A stretch of DNA of 64,000 bases, taken from assembly GCA_964016885.1 (NCBI GenBank), contig OZ024743.1, forward strand, positions 198,090,001 to 198,154,000, read 5' to 3'. Shown piece by piece: positions 42,600-58,000 of the stretch. The position numbers were made by a program, and so were the translations under genes. Positions within the stretch are counted from its first letter, which is position 1. Each line of letters opens with the position of its first letter. The notes under the pieces are model-generated. The model was not told the DNA's origin, searched no databases, and worked only from the letters and a program-made list of their open reading frames with translations. The DNA is from Eledone cirrhosa. Its lineage: Eukaryota.

Positions 42600-43200
42600 T
42601 AATCTTATATACTTTGCGGACAGAAAAGGCCTTATCAGCTGGATTAGATACAATCCTGTATTGTGAATTAGTCAGTGACTGGAGAGCTTTGCCACCAGAC
42701 GGAGCAGGACAACAATTCTTCCCTCTGATCTTCGCAAGCGAATAATTTGCCATTCGAAGAGCTTCTTTATTAAGAATGGATTCGATGTCGCTGGCTATCT
42801 TCCCAGCTCGAGCCAATGGGGTTGAATCGATGAGATAGCAATAGGGCCAGACGGCATGACAATCTTCCTGTTCATTTTTAGGAAGCCCCTCATTGTTAAT
42901 GCCATCTGTTACATCACCTCCAGCGGCGACCTGACGTGTTCGGCTACCAGTCCAGGCTTCGCTGCCTGCTAGTCTGAAGAGGTCAAAATATCAAACTCTC
43001 CTTAATCGTTTTGTGGTCAAGCCTCTGGCAGTGGAGATTTCCGGTGTTCTTGGCCTCCGGATGACATCATTACTCGCTCTGTCGGGGCGGGGTTGACTAT
43101 CAGTAAGTACAAACCACGTGTTAGAATGGCTGTTCTCGCGTGTCACCCTCGTCATCGACTGGGACAATGTCTTCTACATCCAGTCGACCGGGACCACAAT
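42600..43200 (-). pseudogene. Possible decayed CRE-clade RT fragment
   Basis: Frameshifted remnants resembling GLRPQHLK, RPIAI (GPIAI) and RLAGKIA (RAGKIAS) occur in the expected order. Confidence 0.3.
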
Positions 43201-43218
43201 ATGTATTGTCATTATGTT

Positions 43219-43410
43219 CGGTGGATTGGCAGTATCGGTAGAGGGTCGGACGCCATGCTTTGCAGCAAAGAGTTACGGCCCATTATGGTCTGAGTTCAAA
43301 TCCCGCCGAGGTTAACATTACCTTTCATCCTTACGTGGTTGATAAAATAAAATACCAGTAATACACTGGATAATTGCTGGCCTTGTGCCAAAAGTAGAAA
43401 CAGTTATTAT
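43219..43410 (+). mobile_element. SINE family A, full length
   Basis: ggtggattggcagtatcgg...gagttcaaatcc...gtagaaacagttattat. Confidence 0.88.
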
Positions 43411-43527
43411 ATTCATTTCAATAACAGAGATGAAGAAGAAAAAGAAAGTGCAGGAAAAAAAAAAGAAAAAGAAAACATATCTGTTCTGCTGCTGCTGCTG
43501 CTGCTCTGCTACTACTACTACTACTAT

Positions 43528-43592
<65 letters not shown>

Positions 43593-43890
43593 ACACCACT
43601 ACTGCTACTACTGCTGTTACTGCTTTTGCTGTTGCTTCCAAGAAGAAGAAGAAGGAGAAGAAATATTTTGTGGGCTTCTCTGAGTTTCTTTTCATCTTCA
43701 GCCCCTCAAACATTCTACTTTCAATATTAAGAAAGACACAATATATAGGTTTCAATCTAAATTTACAACAATTCAATTTCTACATCATATAGAAACATCA
43801 TTTACATTGAACTCGTAATGCTCCATCTACAAATATAACATATCTATCTTCAACCGCAGATATTACAGTCTGACAACAACAATCATAAGA

Positions 43891-43988
43891 AAAACTTCGC
43901 AATAACCATTGACGTTTTCATTGTATGTATATATATATATATATATATATACATACAATGAAAACGTCAATAGTTATTGCGAAGTTTT
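43891..43988. repeat. (TA)n-centred palindrome with ~38-bp unique arms
   Basis: aaaacttcgcaataaccattgacgttttcattgtatg (TA)n catacaatgaaaacgtcaatagttattgcgaagtttt, one mismatch. Confidence 0.85.
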
Positions 43989-44104
43989 GCTTATGTATAT
44001 ATATATATATATATATATACATACTTATATGCATACATGCATACATACATACATCCGTACATACATACGTACATACATACGTACATACATACGTACATAC
44101 ATAC

Positions 44105-45670
44105 ATGATGATGGCTGCCCCCTCGTTATCGAGTATGGCCATTACACGAAAAAAATATATATATATTAATAACAATAATTATAATAATAACAACAATAAT
44201 AATAACGACAACAACAACAATAATAATATACATATATATATATATACACAGACACACGCACATACATAAACATATCTATACACACACACACACACGATAG
44301 CAACTAACAGTGCTGAGATCGAATGTGGCTTTTTAGCCCAGCCAATGATCTAAAATGTCTTGCACAGAGTCAGCAAACAAAACATTCACTGGGAATAGCC
44401 GGCTGTGGTTGGAGTTCATGTACTATTTCATGTCGTTTGAGCCCTCCTGCTGATTTACATTCTCTACCACATGCTTGGCAAGCATGATGAGTATCATCTC
44501 CAACAGCAGCCTGATAGTCAACCACTGCTCTTACTTTATGACTGCGAAGATGACTTTCGAGTCCAGCTTTGCTGAGGCAGAGTCTCAACCACTCCAAGTC
44601 GTTTACCATACACATAGATATATGATTCACTGTACTTCTTACCAGGGGCAGGTTGTTACATGACGACGGTTTTCTTGAGACTGACAGTCAATCCTAGGGC
44701 AGTGCAAGCGTCAGAAAATGTATTCAAAATGTGCTGCATATAACTCTCTGTGTGCGCTACAAGATCGCACTCATCTGCATACAAGAGGTCTCTTATGATT
44801 GATGTAAATACTTTTATTTTGCAGCAAAGCGTCTGATGTTAAATATGCTGCCTGAGGTTCGATATCGGATGTAAACACCATGCTCGCAATTCCTGAATGC
44901 AATACAGAAAACCATTGCAAAGTATATGGCAAACAGGGTCGGTGCTGGAATATCCCCCTGTTTCACTCCATTTTTTACTGAGATAGGCTCCGACATGTTA
45001 CCTCCGACATTAACCCAAGCCTTCATGTCGTCATGGAAAGACCTAACTAAAGCAAGGAACTTATCAGGATAACGAAGTTTCTGGAGAACCTTCCATAATG
45101 CATTTCTGTTAACAGTATCGAAAGCTTTTGTCAGATCGACAAAAACCTGATACAGATCCAAACCTTGTTCCATGCACTTCTCCTGGAGCTGTCTAGCTGA
45201 GAAGATCATATCAGTAGTGCCGCGTCCAGCTCGAAAACTAGATTGACTTTCAGGAAGAACACAATTTGCAATGTGTGTCAGCAGACGGTCCAGAAGCACC
45301 CTACATAAAACTTTCCCTACGACAGAAAGCAATGGTATACCTCTGTAATTCCCACAATCATTCCTGTTACCCTTTCCCTTGTACAAGACCACCATTACTG
45401 CATCTCTCCAGTCCTCAGGTACGGATTCATTAGCCCATATCCTGCCAAACAAAGAGGGAAGACGTTGCAGGATTCTCTCACCACCATATTGTAGGAGCTC
45501 AGCATGTATGCCATCTATACCTGGAGACCTTCCACTGTTCAGCTTCGAGATAGACACTGCAACCTCCACAAGCGTCGGAGGTTCTGCGAGAGCTACTTTC
45601 ACAGGACTTTCTGGAATGAGATTGAGGAAATCTTCATTGACGACAGACGGCTGATTCAAAAGATCATCAA
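44105..45670 (-). mobile_element. RTE-clade (BovB-like) LINE, 5'-truncated and internally deleted
   Basis: ORF 44814-45683 has RSPGIDGIHAE, YKGKGNRNDCGNYRGI, LPESQ, FVDLTKAFD, GVKQG. It continues as DLLYADE after a stop. C2H2 fingers (CQACGRECKSAGGLKRHEIVH) at 44370-44630. RTE-like 3' tail atggccatactcgataacgagg..ccatcatc at 44107-44143. Confidence 0.88.
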
Positions 45671-45702
45671 TACATACATGCATACATACCTACGTACATA
45701 CA

Positions 45703-48700
45703 GACAGTCAACGCGATCAGTCGCATATTTTGGCGCGGGAGACTATTTATTAAATTTAAGATGAATACTATCTCCGACAGTAATGCCACAACTACAGTCA
45801 GTTGAACAACTGGTTATTCTTCTAACTATCCCTTTTATTCGAATTCGTAGAGATATCCGACTAAATACATAATTCATTTTACAAGGATTTGCTACAAACA
45901 GCATGGCTGAACACAACATCAACAACAAAATTAAGGAAGTACCGAAGACAAATAACAAGGAAGGTAATCAAACTTTATTCAGTTGTAGCTACAGAAGAAA
46001 TCGAAATTATAAATCGCATTTCTCTTGGAGTTGCGAACTTAATAATGATTTATTTAATTGTTATAAAATGGCAAAACACAATCCCTCCATTGGCTATATG
46101 AATAGAATGAAGCTACACTGGGACGAAATGCACTCAGAGATAAGTTATTTCACAGCGAAACAATTACGCCAACAAGCGACGTTTGTTGAACGTAAAAATA
46201 AGATAAATATTATTAATTGTAAGCCCCCCACAACAAACATGTTATCAACAACACGTGCTACAGGTCGCCATGCTACTAGACTTCCTAGCAGCCAGGTCGA
46301 ACAGCGTCTTGAAACAACTATGCCTATAAGAAACTTGACACCACCTGTACCATCTAAGTCTACCTCGATAATAATAATAATCGAAGAAATTTGACACGAC
46401 GTGAACCATCCGAGTCTACCTCGACTGTTGTGGAAAATTCTATCGATAATGATAATAATCAAAAGTATAAACAACTGAAAATTTCCCTCAACAAAATCTT
46501 CCAGAGAGAAATTAACTCATGTATAAATATCTCTCTTGCTGAACGTGTTAAAACGACAATGTTGAATAAAAAACCAAATATTAAGTGTTATTGACGAAAT
46601 AGCGGATGAATATTTACGACGGATAAAAACCCCAACATTTTGGCAAATCAACGCCTGTTTATATGCCTTAGCAACGTCAGTGAAGCATTATCTTGGTGAT
46701 ATTAACAAGCACAAAACACCACCAAAAACCATCATATATAACTAAAATAGAAAAAAAAGATTGCTGACCTACGAAAAAACATAGGATATGTGACAATGCT
46801 CCTTACATGCAAACAAACACAAAAAACCTCACTCCACACCAACAAAGAGTGAAAAATAAAATAGAGACGATGTTTGGTAACAGTAGAACCAGAACTCTCC
46901 AATATAAGCTGATCACCCTCAAACAAGGATTGAGAGCTGTTAGCGAAAAACGCCGTTACCTGAAGAAGGTAGATGAGAGAAAAGTGCTTCATAAAAGATT
47001 CAGACGAAACCAAACATCAGTCTATAGAGATATGAGGGGCAAAATAATAAGTGTCACTGAGGTCCCATCCCAGAAAGACATAGATTCCTTTTGGAGCAAA
47101 ATATGAGGTGAAAAGAAGAATTTCAACCAAGATGCAGTGTGGCTAAGAGAAATCCGAAAGAACTATTGCTCCTACACTACAACAAAAACATACGAAATAA
47201 GTGAGGGTACCCTTGAGACTGTGATAGGAAAACTCCAAGATAAGAAAACACCAGGAAGAGACATGATTGTCGGCTACTGGTTAAAAAAACTCATATTCTA
47301 TCGGAGGTATCTTACTGACCTCTACCAACAAGTTCTTAAGGGAGATACACTTATATCAGAATGGTTGACATTAGCACAAACATTACTGGTCCCCAAGAAC
47401 AAAGACACCCACTTGGCAAAAAAATACCGACCATTGCATACCAGAACCTGATGTAAAAGATGTATACAGCCTGCCTGAACCTATTACTCCAAGATCACTG
47501 TGAAAATAATAACATCATCACAGATGAACAAGCAGTTAGAAAGAAAGGGGTTTGAGGATGTGCTGAACAACTCCTAATCAACAAAACTGCGATATTGGAG
47601 GTGCGGCAACTTAGGAGGAATATGACTACAGTCTGGCTGGACTACAGGAAAGCTTTCGATTCTGTTTCCCACTCTTGGATGATAGAGGCCCTCCAACTTG
47701 CTAAAGTCCCAGACATTATTGTCAGAGCCATAGAGAGGCTGTCTTCTTCTTGGGCTACTATCCTAAGGTTAAAGACAGAGAGGGAGGACGCTATTTTCAC
47801 TGATAAAATACAATATTGCAGGGGTATATTTCAGAGGGACAGTCTCTCTGTGATATTATTCATCTTGTCATTAAACCCCTTGTCTTTTCTGCTCAAGAAA
47901 TATGAGGGATACATCATTGGCTCACAGAAGGACAGAAATATGAACCTAACCCATAATTTCTTTGTGGACGATCTGAAACTCTATGCCAAGAACATGGATG
48001 GGATGAAAAAAAATCTTGACCTTGTTACAACGTTCTCAAAGGATATAGGAATGGAGTTTGGCCAAGAATAATGCTCATACATGACTGTAAAGCGGGGAAA
48101 AACAAACAACTCAATCTAGCAACATTGTTATCAATGGCCTAACTGTTTCACCGATATCTGATGAGGACTGTTACAGATACCTGGGGATAGATGAGAACAT
48201 ATCCTATAATGGTATCTGTAATAAAGAACGCGTAACCAGGGAATACTACACCCGATTAAGAAAGATCTGGTTATCGGAACTCTCTGCGCAAAACAAAACA
48301 GTGGTTCACAATGTGTTTGCTGTGCCTGTCCTAACACCAATATTTGGAATACTCAATTGGGCGATAGACGAAATCCGAGCAGTTGATGTTGGAACTCGAA
48401 AAATACTAAACAACACCGGAAACTTCCACATCAACAGTGACATAGACCGCCTTTACTTAACATGTAAGCAGGGAGGCAGAAGCCTAACATCAGCCCAGAC
48501 AACATTTGAAAGTCGCATCATATCTCTCCGACAACATCTACGAACCTCAAAGCGTAGGAGCCCGTTTCTCGAGCAAGTCTATCTGCATGAAACAGATAAG
48601 ATCATGAGAGTTGGGAAGGAACTCCTCGAGAGATATTCCCTGTGTGATAATCAAAAACTCACACCCAGGGATGTCGCTCAGCAGTATCGAAATGAATCCA

Positions 48701-49730
48701 TGGTTGAAAAACTGCATGCCTATCAGCAAAAAATTAGGCATGGATATGTTGCCAGGAAGCTCCAGAGTGAGAGTAATATAGATAAGGAAAGTAGTCTATC
48801 TTGGACCAACAACCGATATATTGGCTCCCACTTTGAAGGATACGCTTTTGCAATCCAGGAACAGGAGATTTGCACGAAATACCTGATTCACAAAAGAGAT
48901 AGGGATGCAGGCAAAACACCTAGATGTGATAACAAGTGCAGACTCTGCAGAACTAACACCGAGGATATCACCCATCTCATCAGCAGCTGTCCATGAGGCA
49001 TGATGTAGTGGCTAAAACCCTGTACAATGCGGTTCGTAAAAAACATAGCCCCGATAATAAACACATTAAAAGCTACAGCAATGTGGAAGACATCCATGTA
49101 CATAATATGAAAGAGTACTGGTGGAATGTTCCAGTAAAAACCCCAATAAAATGCAGGCATAACAGACCAGATATTATGTTATGGGACAGGGAGAAGAAAG
49201 CATGCACAGTAGTGGAAATTAGCTGCTCAGTAGATGCCAATATGATATCAAAGATTAGTGAAAAGGAGAACATTTATGAAGAACTGATAATAAATCTGCA
49301 GATACACCACCCTCATTACACCTTCAGATTTATGCCTGTGATTATTGGGGCACTGGGGTATGTTAGTAACTGCCTCAATACAAATATTGAGAAGCTAGGC
49401 TTCACAAGAACAGAAAGAACACAACTAGTTAGGAAATTACAAGTACAATCCATTAATGGAACAGTAAAAATATGTAAAACATTCCAAAAACTTTGCATCT
49501 AATAACTGAATATACACATATACAGATGCAAAACCTATACACATCCACACATACAACTCAAAACATACACATCCACACATACAATAACATCCATATCTAC
49601 ACATGCATGCATACATACATATTTACCTAGTTGATGTTGTGTAAATTCCAATGAGAGAGTCTTGTGTCCATGTTAGAAACCGACTCTCTCTCTATTGGTA
49701 AAACTTTGTGAAATTATAAAACCAGAAGAA
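45703..49730 (+). mobile_element. R4/Dong-clade non-LTR retrotransposon (RT plus REL endonuclease), full length, multiply disrupted
   Basis: N-terminal GYMNRMKLHWDE..KQLRQQ. RT motifs WLDYRKAFDSV, GIFQRDSLS, FFVDDLKLYA. CCHC CRLCRTNTEDITHLISSCP, RHDVVAK, REL motif RPDIMLWD..VVEISC. 3' UTR hairpin at 49648-49698. Confidence 0.92.
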
Positions 49731-49743
49731 CATACAACGTACA

Positions 49744-49810
<67 letters not shown>

Positions 49811-50134
49811 GCATACAATGAACATTTTAATGGTTATTTGTAAGTATGATAGTGTCTATGTATATATACATATATATATAAATATATATATACACACACA
49901 CATAAACTCTATTCCATCTTTCTGCTTGTGTGTATGTGTGCATATGAATGCGTGTGTGCATCTATATGTATATATGCAATAATATATATATATATACACA
50001 CATATATATATATATTTGTATGTGTGCACTCACTCACACCATCCCACTCAGTGCGCACACACGCATACACACTTTCTCCCTCTCTCTCACAGGCAAATAT
50101 ATATCCATATGTATATATAAAAAAAAAAAAAATA

Positions 50135-50176
<42 letters not shown>

Positions 50177-50685
50177 TATGAATAATCACTTATGTGTTTT
50201 TGTGTTTTGTAAAAAGGAGAGACAGTTCTTTGAAAATCAGGAATGAAATTTGTTTCAATAGAAAATTATAGACTTGGAAATAAAAAGTGCCGAAATGTAT
50301 TAGTCATCTTATTATTTACAAAGAAATGTTGCTAGTTTGTCCAAAACGCCAAACAGCTCCCTCAGCCGGACAGTGTTGAAGAACAAGAGCCAGTCACTCT
50401 TCTGTTAGAGGACAACACAATTGATGCCAACAGAATTCATACGTTTTCTTTTGTCAACAGAATATAATAACTATGATGACTGTCTATTCCCAGGTAGAAA
50501 CACCCGAAGGAGAATAATACCAGACAATGAGGTAACTATGACAACACTAGAGACTATATAATGTTTAGTATTCTGTTCACCAAAAGACTTGGTTGTATTT
50601 TCACTCCAAATCTAACCAATCCTCTCATTCTCTTCTATATCTTCCCTACTTTCTCTTTCGTGAATATACACTTGCGCGCCACTTT

Positions 50686-51463
<778 letters not shown>

Positions 51464-52149
51464 AACTCCCATACACTCAACACACACATAGTTATCTTAC
51501 ACATATATCAATTTCACAAATTATGTATAGTTATACAAACAATGCAAACATATATGCTAACATACATTCAGGCATACATACATACTTGCCCGCATACATA
51601 TATACACGTATGCACATAGACAAACGGTAGCATCGGGCGATGGCTATGAATAATATCTGCTTAGAAAATCGGGTAAAATACCCAGAAATACGGAAAAAAA
51701 AGTGGACAGAAGCCGGTACGGAGGATAAGACGCCTTATCGCTCGAATGCTCCGTGAGAACGTTAGCCGCTACGCTTAGGGTTAATTGACTACCCATTTTG
51801 TCTAATTTAGTTTGCTATACTAACCAGCTTCCGGCTATAGCTGGACGTAAAGAAATATTATGAATTATAAAAGCGCGGAGCAATTTGATATTTGAACCCG
51901 TAGGTATCCGACCGCAAGAAATGAATGTAACGTCAGTCCAGGCTGGATGTTTCTGGCTGTAATATTTTGATCGGAACGACAACAGGTCGTTTGAAGAAGG
52001 ACCCGCGTGAGTTGGGGTGACTGTTGCAGCGGGTGTTACTGGCCATTATCCGCAGAAATACCTTTGCAGTTTGTCCGCGTGGTACGACCCCAACACCAAC
52101 CCGCCTTCGGCCCAGAGCCCACCACCCTCTCTTCTTCCCTCTTCCTTTA

Positions 52150-53520
52150 TTATGTCACCGCTACCATCACCATATTACTATCATGATAACTACCATCATT
52201 ACCACCGGTACTATCTATCTACTGTGAACACCACAACAGCCATTATTATCACCACCACCACCACCAACACAACCATCATTATCATCCTTACCATCACCAT
52301 ATTGCCACCACCAAAACAACCATACCTATTACAACTACCATCTCCTTACTGCTACCACCCAGAAAACCACCATTATCATCGCTACCATCATCATATTTCT
52401 ATCATCAATACCACTACTACTTTACCTCAATTAACACAACCTTCATCAATACTGCAGCCAACTTAACAAAAGCTTATTTCCCTAAACCAAACCAACGACA
52501 CATACAGAACCATCAGTAACAACCATCGTTTCACCGCTACCATCATAGTACTGCTATCACCAAAATAACCATCATAACTACCACAAACACCTATCTATCC
52601 TGTCAACGCTAATAACAACAACAACGTTATTTCCAGAAGCCAAACCAACCACACATACAAAACCACCAGTAACTACCATCAGTAACAGCACTTCCATCAT
52701 TAAAATAACCATCATAGCCACCACAAACACCATGTAATCTGTCATCGCTTATAACAACAAAAACCTCATTTCCAGAAACCGAACCAACCACTCATACAAA
52801 ATCACAAGCAACGACCAACAAAACTGGAAAGATGTTTATTTTTCCATCGCGGCATGACGGAAGACGACAATGTCAAATTAACACCACAGAACACACACCA
52901 CACCACAGCACCCCACGCCACACCACGCCAGCACCCCACACCCCATCAGACCACACCACGCATCCCACAACACACCATACCACATCACGCCACACCACAC
53001 CATATTACGCCACATCACACCATAACATGCCACACCACACCACGCCACACTACACCACTGCTTATCACACCACACCACAACAAGCATTACAACACAACAC
53101 CATATCAAACATCACATTACAATACACCTCACCACAAAACACCTCACCACAAAACATAAAACACCACACCACAACACCAAAACACCATATCACTTCACAT
53201 TACACCACACCACACCACACCACACCACGCCACACTACACCACTGCTTGCCACACCACACTACAACAAAAATTACAACACAGCACCACAACAAACATCAC
53301 ATTAGAATACAACACACCATACTACACCACAACACCAAACATTACAACACAATACCATATCAAACATCACTTTACAATACACCACACCACACCATACCAC
53401 AACACCACAAAACACAACACTACACCACAAAACATACCACACCACATCACACCACACCACATCACACGACATCACACCAAATCACAACACACCATATCCC
53501 ATTCTCCACCACCCAATCAC
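52150..53520. repeat. AC-rich low-complexity/satellite tract (ACC-type degenerate repeats, then (CACAC)n pentamer array)
   Basis: Repeated caccgctaccatca..aataaccatcat blocks, followed by acaccacaccac arrays. Confidence 0.8.
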
Positions 53521-54316
53521 CCTCATTCACTACCTAGTCAATACAATGAAGCGCCATCTAGTGTCAAATTAATTTCACTCTAATCGATTAAGAATATGGA
53601 GTAAAATGCAAACTGCTGTAACATTATCAATGAAAGGGATCGAGTTATTCTAATTGTGAAGAATCATTTGCATGAAAGAAAATACATTTTACCTAAAAAA
53701 ATTCGACAGTCATCTAAAGTTAAATAATTATTTTTGTATTATATTTTTGTAAATATTTATTCTGAGCTTATTTCTTTAGTACTTACTTTGCTGCGAGTGT
53801 ATGTATATGTGTGTGTGTGTGTGGTGTGTGTGTGAGTATGCTTGTCTGTGTGTGTTTCTGTGTGTATGTATATGTGAGTTTATGTGTATATGTGCAGTGT
53901 GAATTTATGTGTGTGTGTGTGTGGTGTGTATTTGTGTGTGTATGCTTGTCTGTGTGTGTCTTTGTGTGTCTATGTCTGTTTGTATGTATGTAAATGTGCG
54001 TTTATGTGTATATGTGCAGTGTGAATTTATATGTGTGTGGTGTGTATTTCTGTGTGCATTTGTCTGGTGTGTATTTGTGTGTATGTATCTGTGTGTATGT
54101 GTGTATGTGCGTATGTCTCTGTGTGTGTGAGGGAGTGTTTTGTTTTACAAACTACATTGCAGATTCGGTTTATATATGACTTCATATTTGTTTACGCTAT
54201 TTCTTCATTGGTATAAAATATCATTTTGAAATGTCATATCTGTCAACAAATTTATATTTTGTCTCTGTAAACATACGTTTATGTATAAATATATAGACTC
54301 ACACACGCATACAGAC

Positions 54317-54516
54317 NNNNNNNNNNNNNNNNNNNNNNNNNNNNNNNNNNNNNNNNNNNNNNNNNNNNNNNNNNNNNNNNNNNNNNNNNNNNNNNNNNNN
54401 NNNNNNNNNNNNNNNNNNNNNNNNNNNNNNNNNNNNNNNNNNNNNNNNNNNNNNNNNNNNNNNNNNNNNNNNNNNNNNNNNNNNNNNNNNNNNNNNNNNN
54501 NNNNNNNNNNNNNNNN
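54317..54516. other. Assembly gap (200 N)
   Basis: Run of n. Confidence 1.
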
Positions 54517-54829
54517 TCTCTGTATTTATGCCTGATAGTAAAAAAGCGAGAGCACAGTGGGTAATTTTTCAAAAATAGGAAGTCCTACCACTAGGAATTC
54601 AGATGTGCTTCCAGTTGAACATCCTCAAGTCCGCCAGGTGAAAATCATTTACAAAATAGAAATTAAGAAAATCAAAGAGAAAGAAACAACAACAAAAACA
54701 GAAAATATATAGTCAACACAACGACGAAGATAAAATAGAAGATATAAAAGAAAAAGAAATTGATGATGATGATGATGATGATTATAGTGATGGTTATGAT
54801 TAAGGAGAGATACATGATAATAATAATAA

Positions 54830-54860
<31 letters not shown>

Positions 54861-55079
54861 AATGTTTTCGTTATTAACCACAAGGGTTTACATAAAGTAG
54901 ACATTAAGGACAGTACAGGACAATACAGGGCGGTACAAATAGGCATTTCTGCGTGTAAAAAAAACAGAGGATGTAATAAAATAACAAAGAAAAATTCCCC
55001 AATAGGGGGGAGACTTCCGAGGGACATTTGTGGAGAAAGCCCATTAAAAGACCACAGTGAGCCTGACCACCAGGGCAAG

Positions 55080-58000
55080 TGCCCTCTCCCAGTTTTACCT
55101 CCTTTAATTTACAGACACATACTCAGAGTAGGCCCATTCACTCGGGCCATACTTGCTTCTCTCACCCAAACAAAATGCTGGGAAGAGAGCACTTCCCTCT
55201 TTACCCTGATCTTCCTTTTCAAATGAAAATTGAAAAGGTTAATCAGGGCATCACCGAAGAGGTAACTGCTCGTCTTCAGCCCTTTCAAACGTGTCCACCA
55301 TACTATCTCTTCCGACATGGCCACCAGACAGATAAAAACTGCCTGCCCTTCCCGGCTAAAGGAAGAGGGCGGGGCAATCCTCACGATGGACTCAGCTGAT
55401 AACTAGATCCGTCCTAAACGTGACAGCAGGTGTTCGACATAAACCCACAAGTCAGCAATGCTCGGACACTGGACGAGTGCGTGCAGGGCGGTTTCGTCGC
55501 CCTGCGCGCATCTCGCACCTGCCCGGCTGACGGCAGCTCCATGCCTGTAGAGTTTATCCCGAACTGGCAAAGCTCCCCGGTAGCACTGCCAGGCCAGGGA
55601 TTTCTGGAAGTTGTCCATAGGCCCTGGCCCGAAAGCCCTTCCGAAGAGATTGGCTAGTTGATTTTCGTCGACACCTAGAGTTTCTCCAAGTACGTCGTCG
55701 CTCTTCCCCTCCACTAATCCTCTATAGAACGCCAAGGTGGAGTTTCCACCGATCACATTGCCCGATTGGTCGAGGGCTGTGAGCGCCTGAAGACATTCCA
55801 GTCTCCAAGCGCTCCTTCTCGGTCTTCGCTTGACCCAGGACTGCAGCTCCGTCAAGGAGACGAGCTGGGGAAAGACGTGTCTAGCAAACGGCGACCACAC
55901 CTGATCACCGTCGAGGAAGAGGTGGAGATGTCGTAGGCTGAGCGCGTGTCTGCGCATCATCAGGCATGGCATGCCCAGCCCTCCACGTAGCGGGTGTTGA
56001 CAGCAGATGGACCTCCTGACCTTAGGAGCGCGTCCCTTCCACAAAAAGCGAAAGAGCAAACGCTCCAGCGCAGTCAGGCGGGGCTTAGGACAAGGTACGA
56101 CGGTCGGGCGGTAGTAGATGACGGACGCGATGTACGCGTTAGCCACCTCCGCTCGACCTTTCAGGGATAGCTTCCTCTCCGCCCATTTCTGGGTGAGAGA
56201 GGCCACCCTGCTCGTCACCTCGTCCCAGTTTTTGTCCGTCTGGAGGTCCGGACCGAAACAGAGCCCTAGCAATTTAACCGGTCCGTCCGTCCAGCGCCCA
56301 ACGACGCTATTGGATGGCATGGACCTGCCTCTCCAGGTGCCGAGCTGCAGGCCCACTGACTCTTACTGGTTGATCATTGCTCCTGTCACCGCTTCGTATT
56401 CTCTTAGTGTAGTGATGATCGCCTCGATGTGTTTGGCGTTCGACACCACTACGGTGACATCATCCGCATATGCTGACAGGGATCTTCCGCATCCTAGTTC
56501 GCGCGGGACCCCCCTGAACGTCTCCAGTTTGTGCAGTAATGGCTCGAGAGTCAATACGTACAAGAGGGACGAGAGGGGACATCCTTGGAGGACCGAGCGC
56601 ATGATGTTGAACGGTTCCGAAAGGTGACCGTTCACTCTCACCACAGAGCAGATGTCGCTGTGCATGGCAGCGATCCAGCCTCTGAAGACGGGCCCAAAGC
56701 CAGCCGCCCTCAGGACTGCCGCTAGGTAACGATGGTCGACCCTATCGATGGCTTTCGGCTGATCTAAATTGATCAAAGACCCACCCGTGCCAGGTTCCCT
56801 AGCTACCCTCTCTACGATGTATCGCATGAGGTGGAGGTTGTCGTGGATGGATCTGTCGGGAATGGCGCATGCCTGCGCCTCTCCCACCAGACCACCAACG
56901 ACAAGCGCCAACTTCTTTGCTAGCACCTTGGCCAAATCTTGAACTCTGTGTTTAGCAGAGTTATGGGCCTAAAATTATCTATGTTATCCCCCTTGGTCGG
57001 ATCCTTTCTCAGCAGCGCCACCGCTCCTCGGCTCACAGAGGTGGGAATTCTCCCGTTCTGTTGCTAGTTGCAGTAGACGTCCGCCAAGAGGCCTCCGAAC
57101 AAGTGTGGCATTTGTACGTAAAGTTCATAGGGAAGACCATCCAAACCAGGCGATTTACCCCTTGTGCAGCCAGTCATTGCCTCCCGTATTTCAGCGGCTG
57201 TTATCGGCTTTTCGCAACACTCCGCCTCAGTGGCCGAGAGCCGCGGCAGTCCGTCGAAGTAGACACTAAAGTCCATCCCTCGATCCGGCCCGCCGCTGCC
57301 CCCGAACAGTTGAGCGAAGTGTCGCTGAAAAGCTTCACACATTTGCTCGGGATCGAGTAGCATGCGCCCGTCGTGGTCCACCAAAGACCGGATCGTGGCT
57401 TTGTTGCCACGACGCGCCTCCGCCACTCGGGCCCATTGAACGGCTTTCGTCCTCTCGTGTCTGAGAGCACGCACCCTAGCTCTGACAACGCAGCCTTCGT
57501 GCTTTGCATTGAAGAATTGGTCAAGGTCAAATTTCGCCGCAAGTGCGTCACTCGCGATGCCTTTGCAAAGCGCCTCGTCTAAATTTCTAACTAATTCTCC
57601 CTCTGCTCTATTTTTCTCTATTGCTAAAGCCTTACTAAACCTAATGGACTCTATTCTAATTGCTCTTTTCAGAGCAAACCACCACTTGTTGTTGCCGATG
57701 GCCCCCGTCAACGCCCGCTTAACTAGTTCGCTAATCCGATCTTTGTAGGCCTTGCGCGCTGGTAAGGACGCGTTTAGCTTCCAGTAGCCGGGTCCTTGTC
57801 TCTGAAGCCTATCTACGTCAAGCACACAGATCACGAATTTGTGGTCCGTGTAGCTGACTATCTTGAATTGTGGACAGCCTATGCTAGACCTATATATTTC
57901 CTTACAAAATACTCTATCTAGATATGATCTGGATGACCCTATGCGATTTGTCCAAGTCCACATTGGTACATTCGGGAAATCCAATCGGTACCTGTCAGAC

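Noticed and set aside
42974-43000. CTGAAGAg motif as a hammerhead
   Set aside because: No GAAA or stem III; likely a chance match.
52017-53537. His/Thr/Pro-rich ORFs as mucin-like or His-rich proteins
   Set aside because: Open in several frames because of AC-only satellite composition, with no splice or domain evidence.
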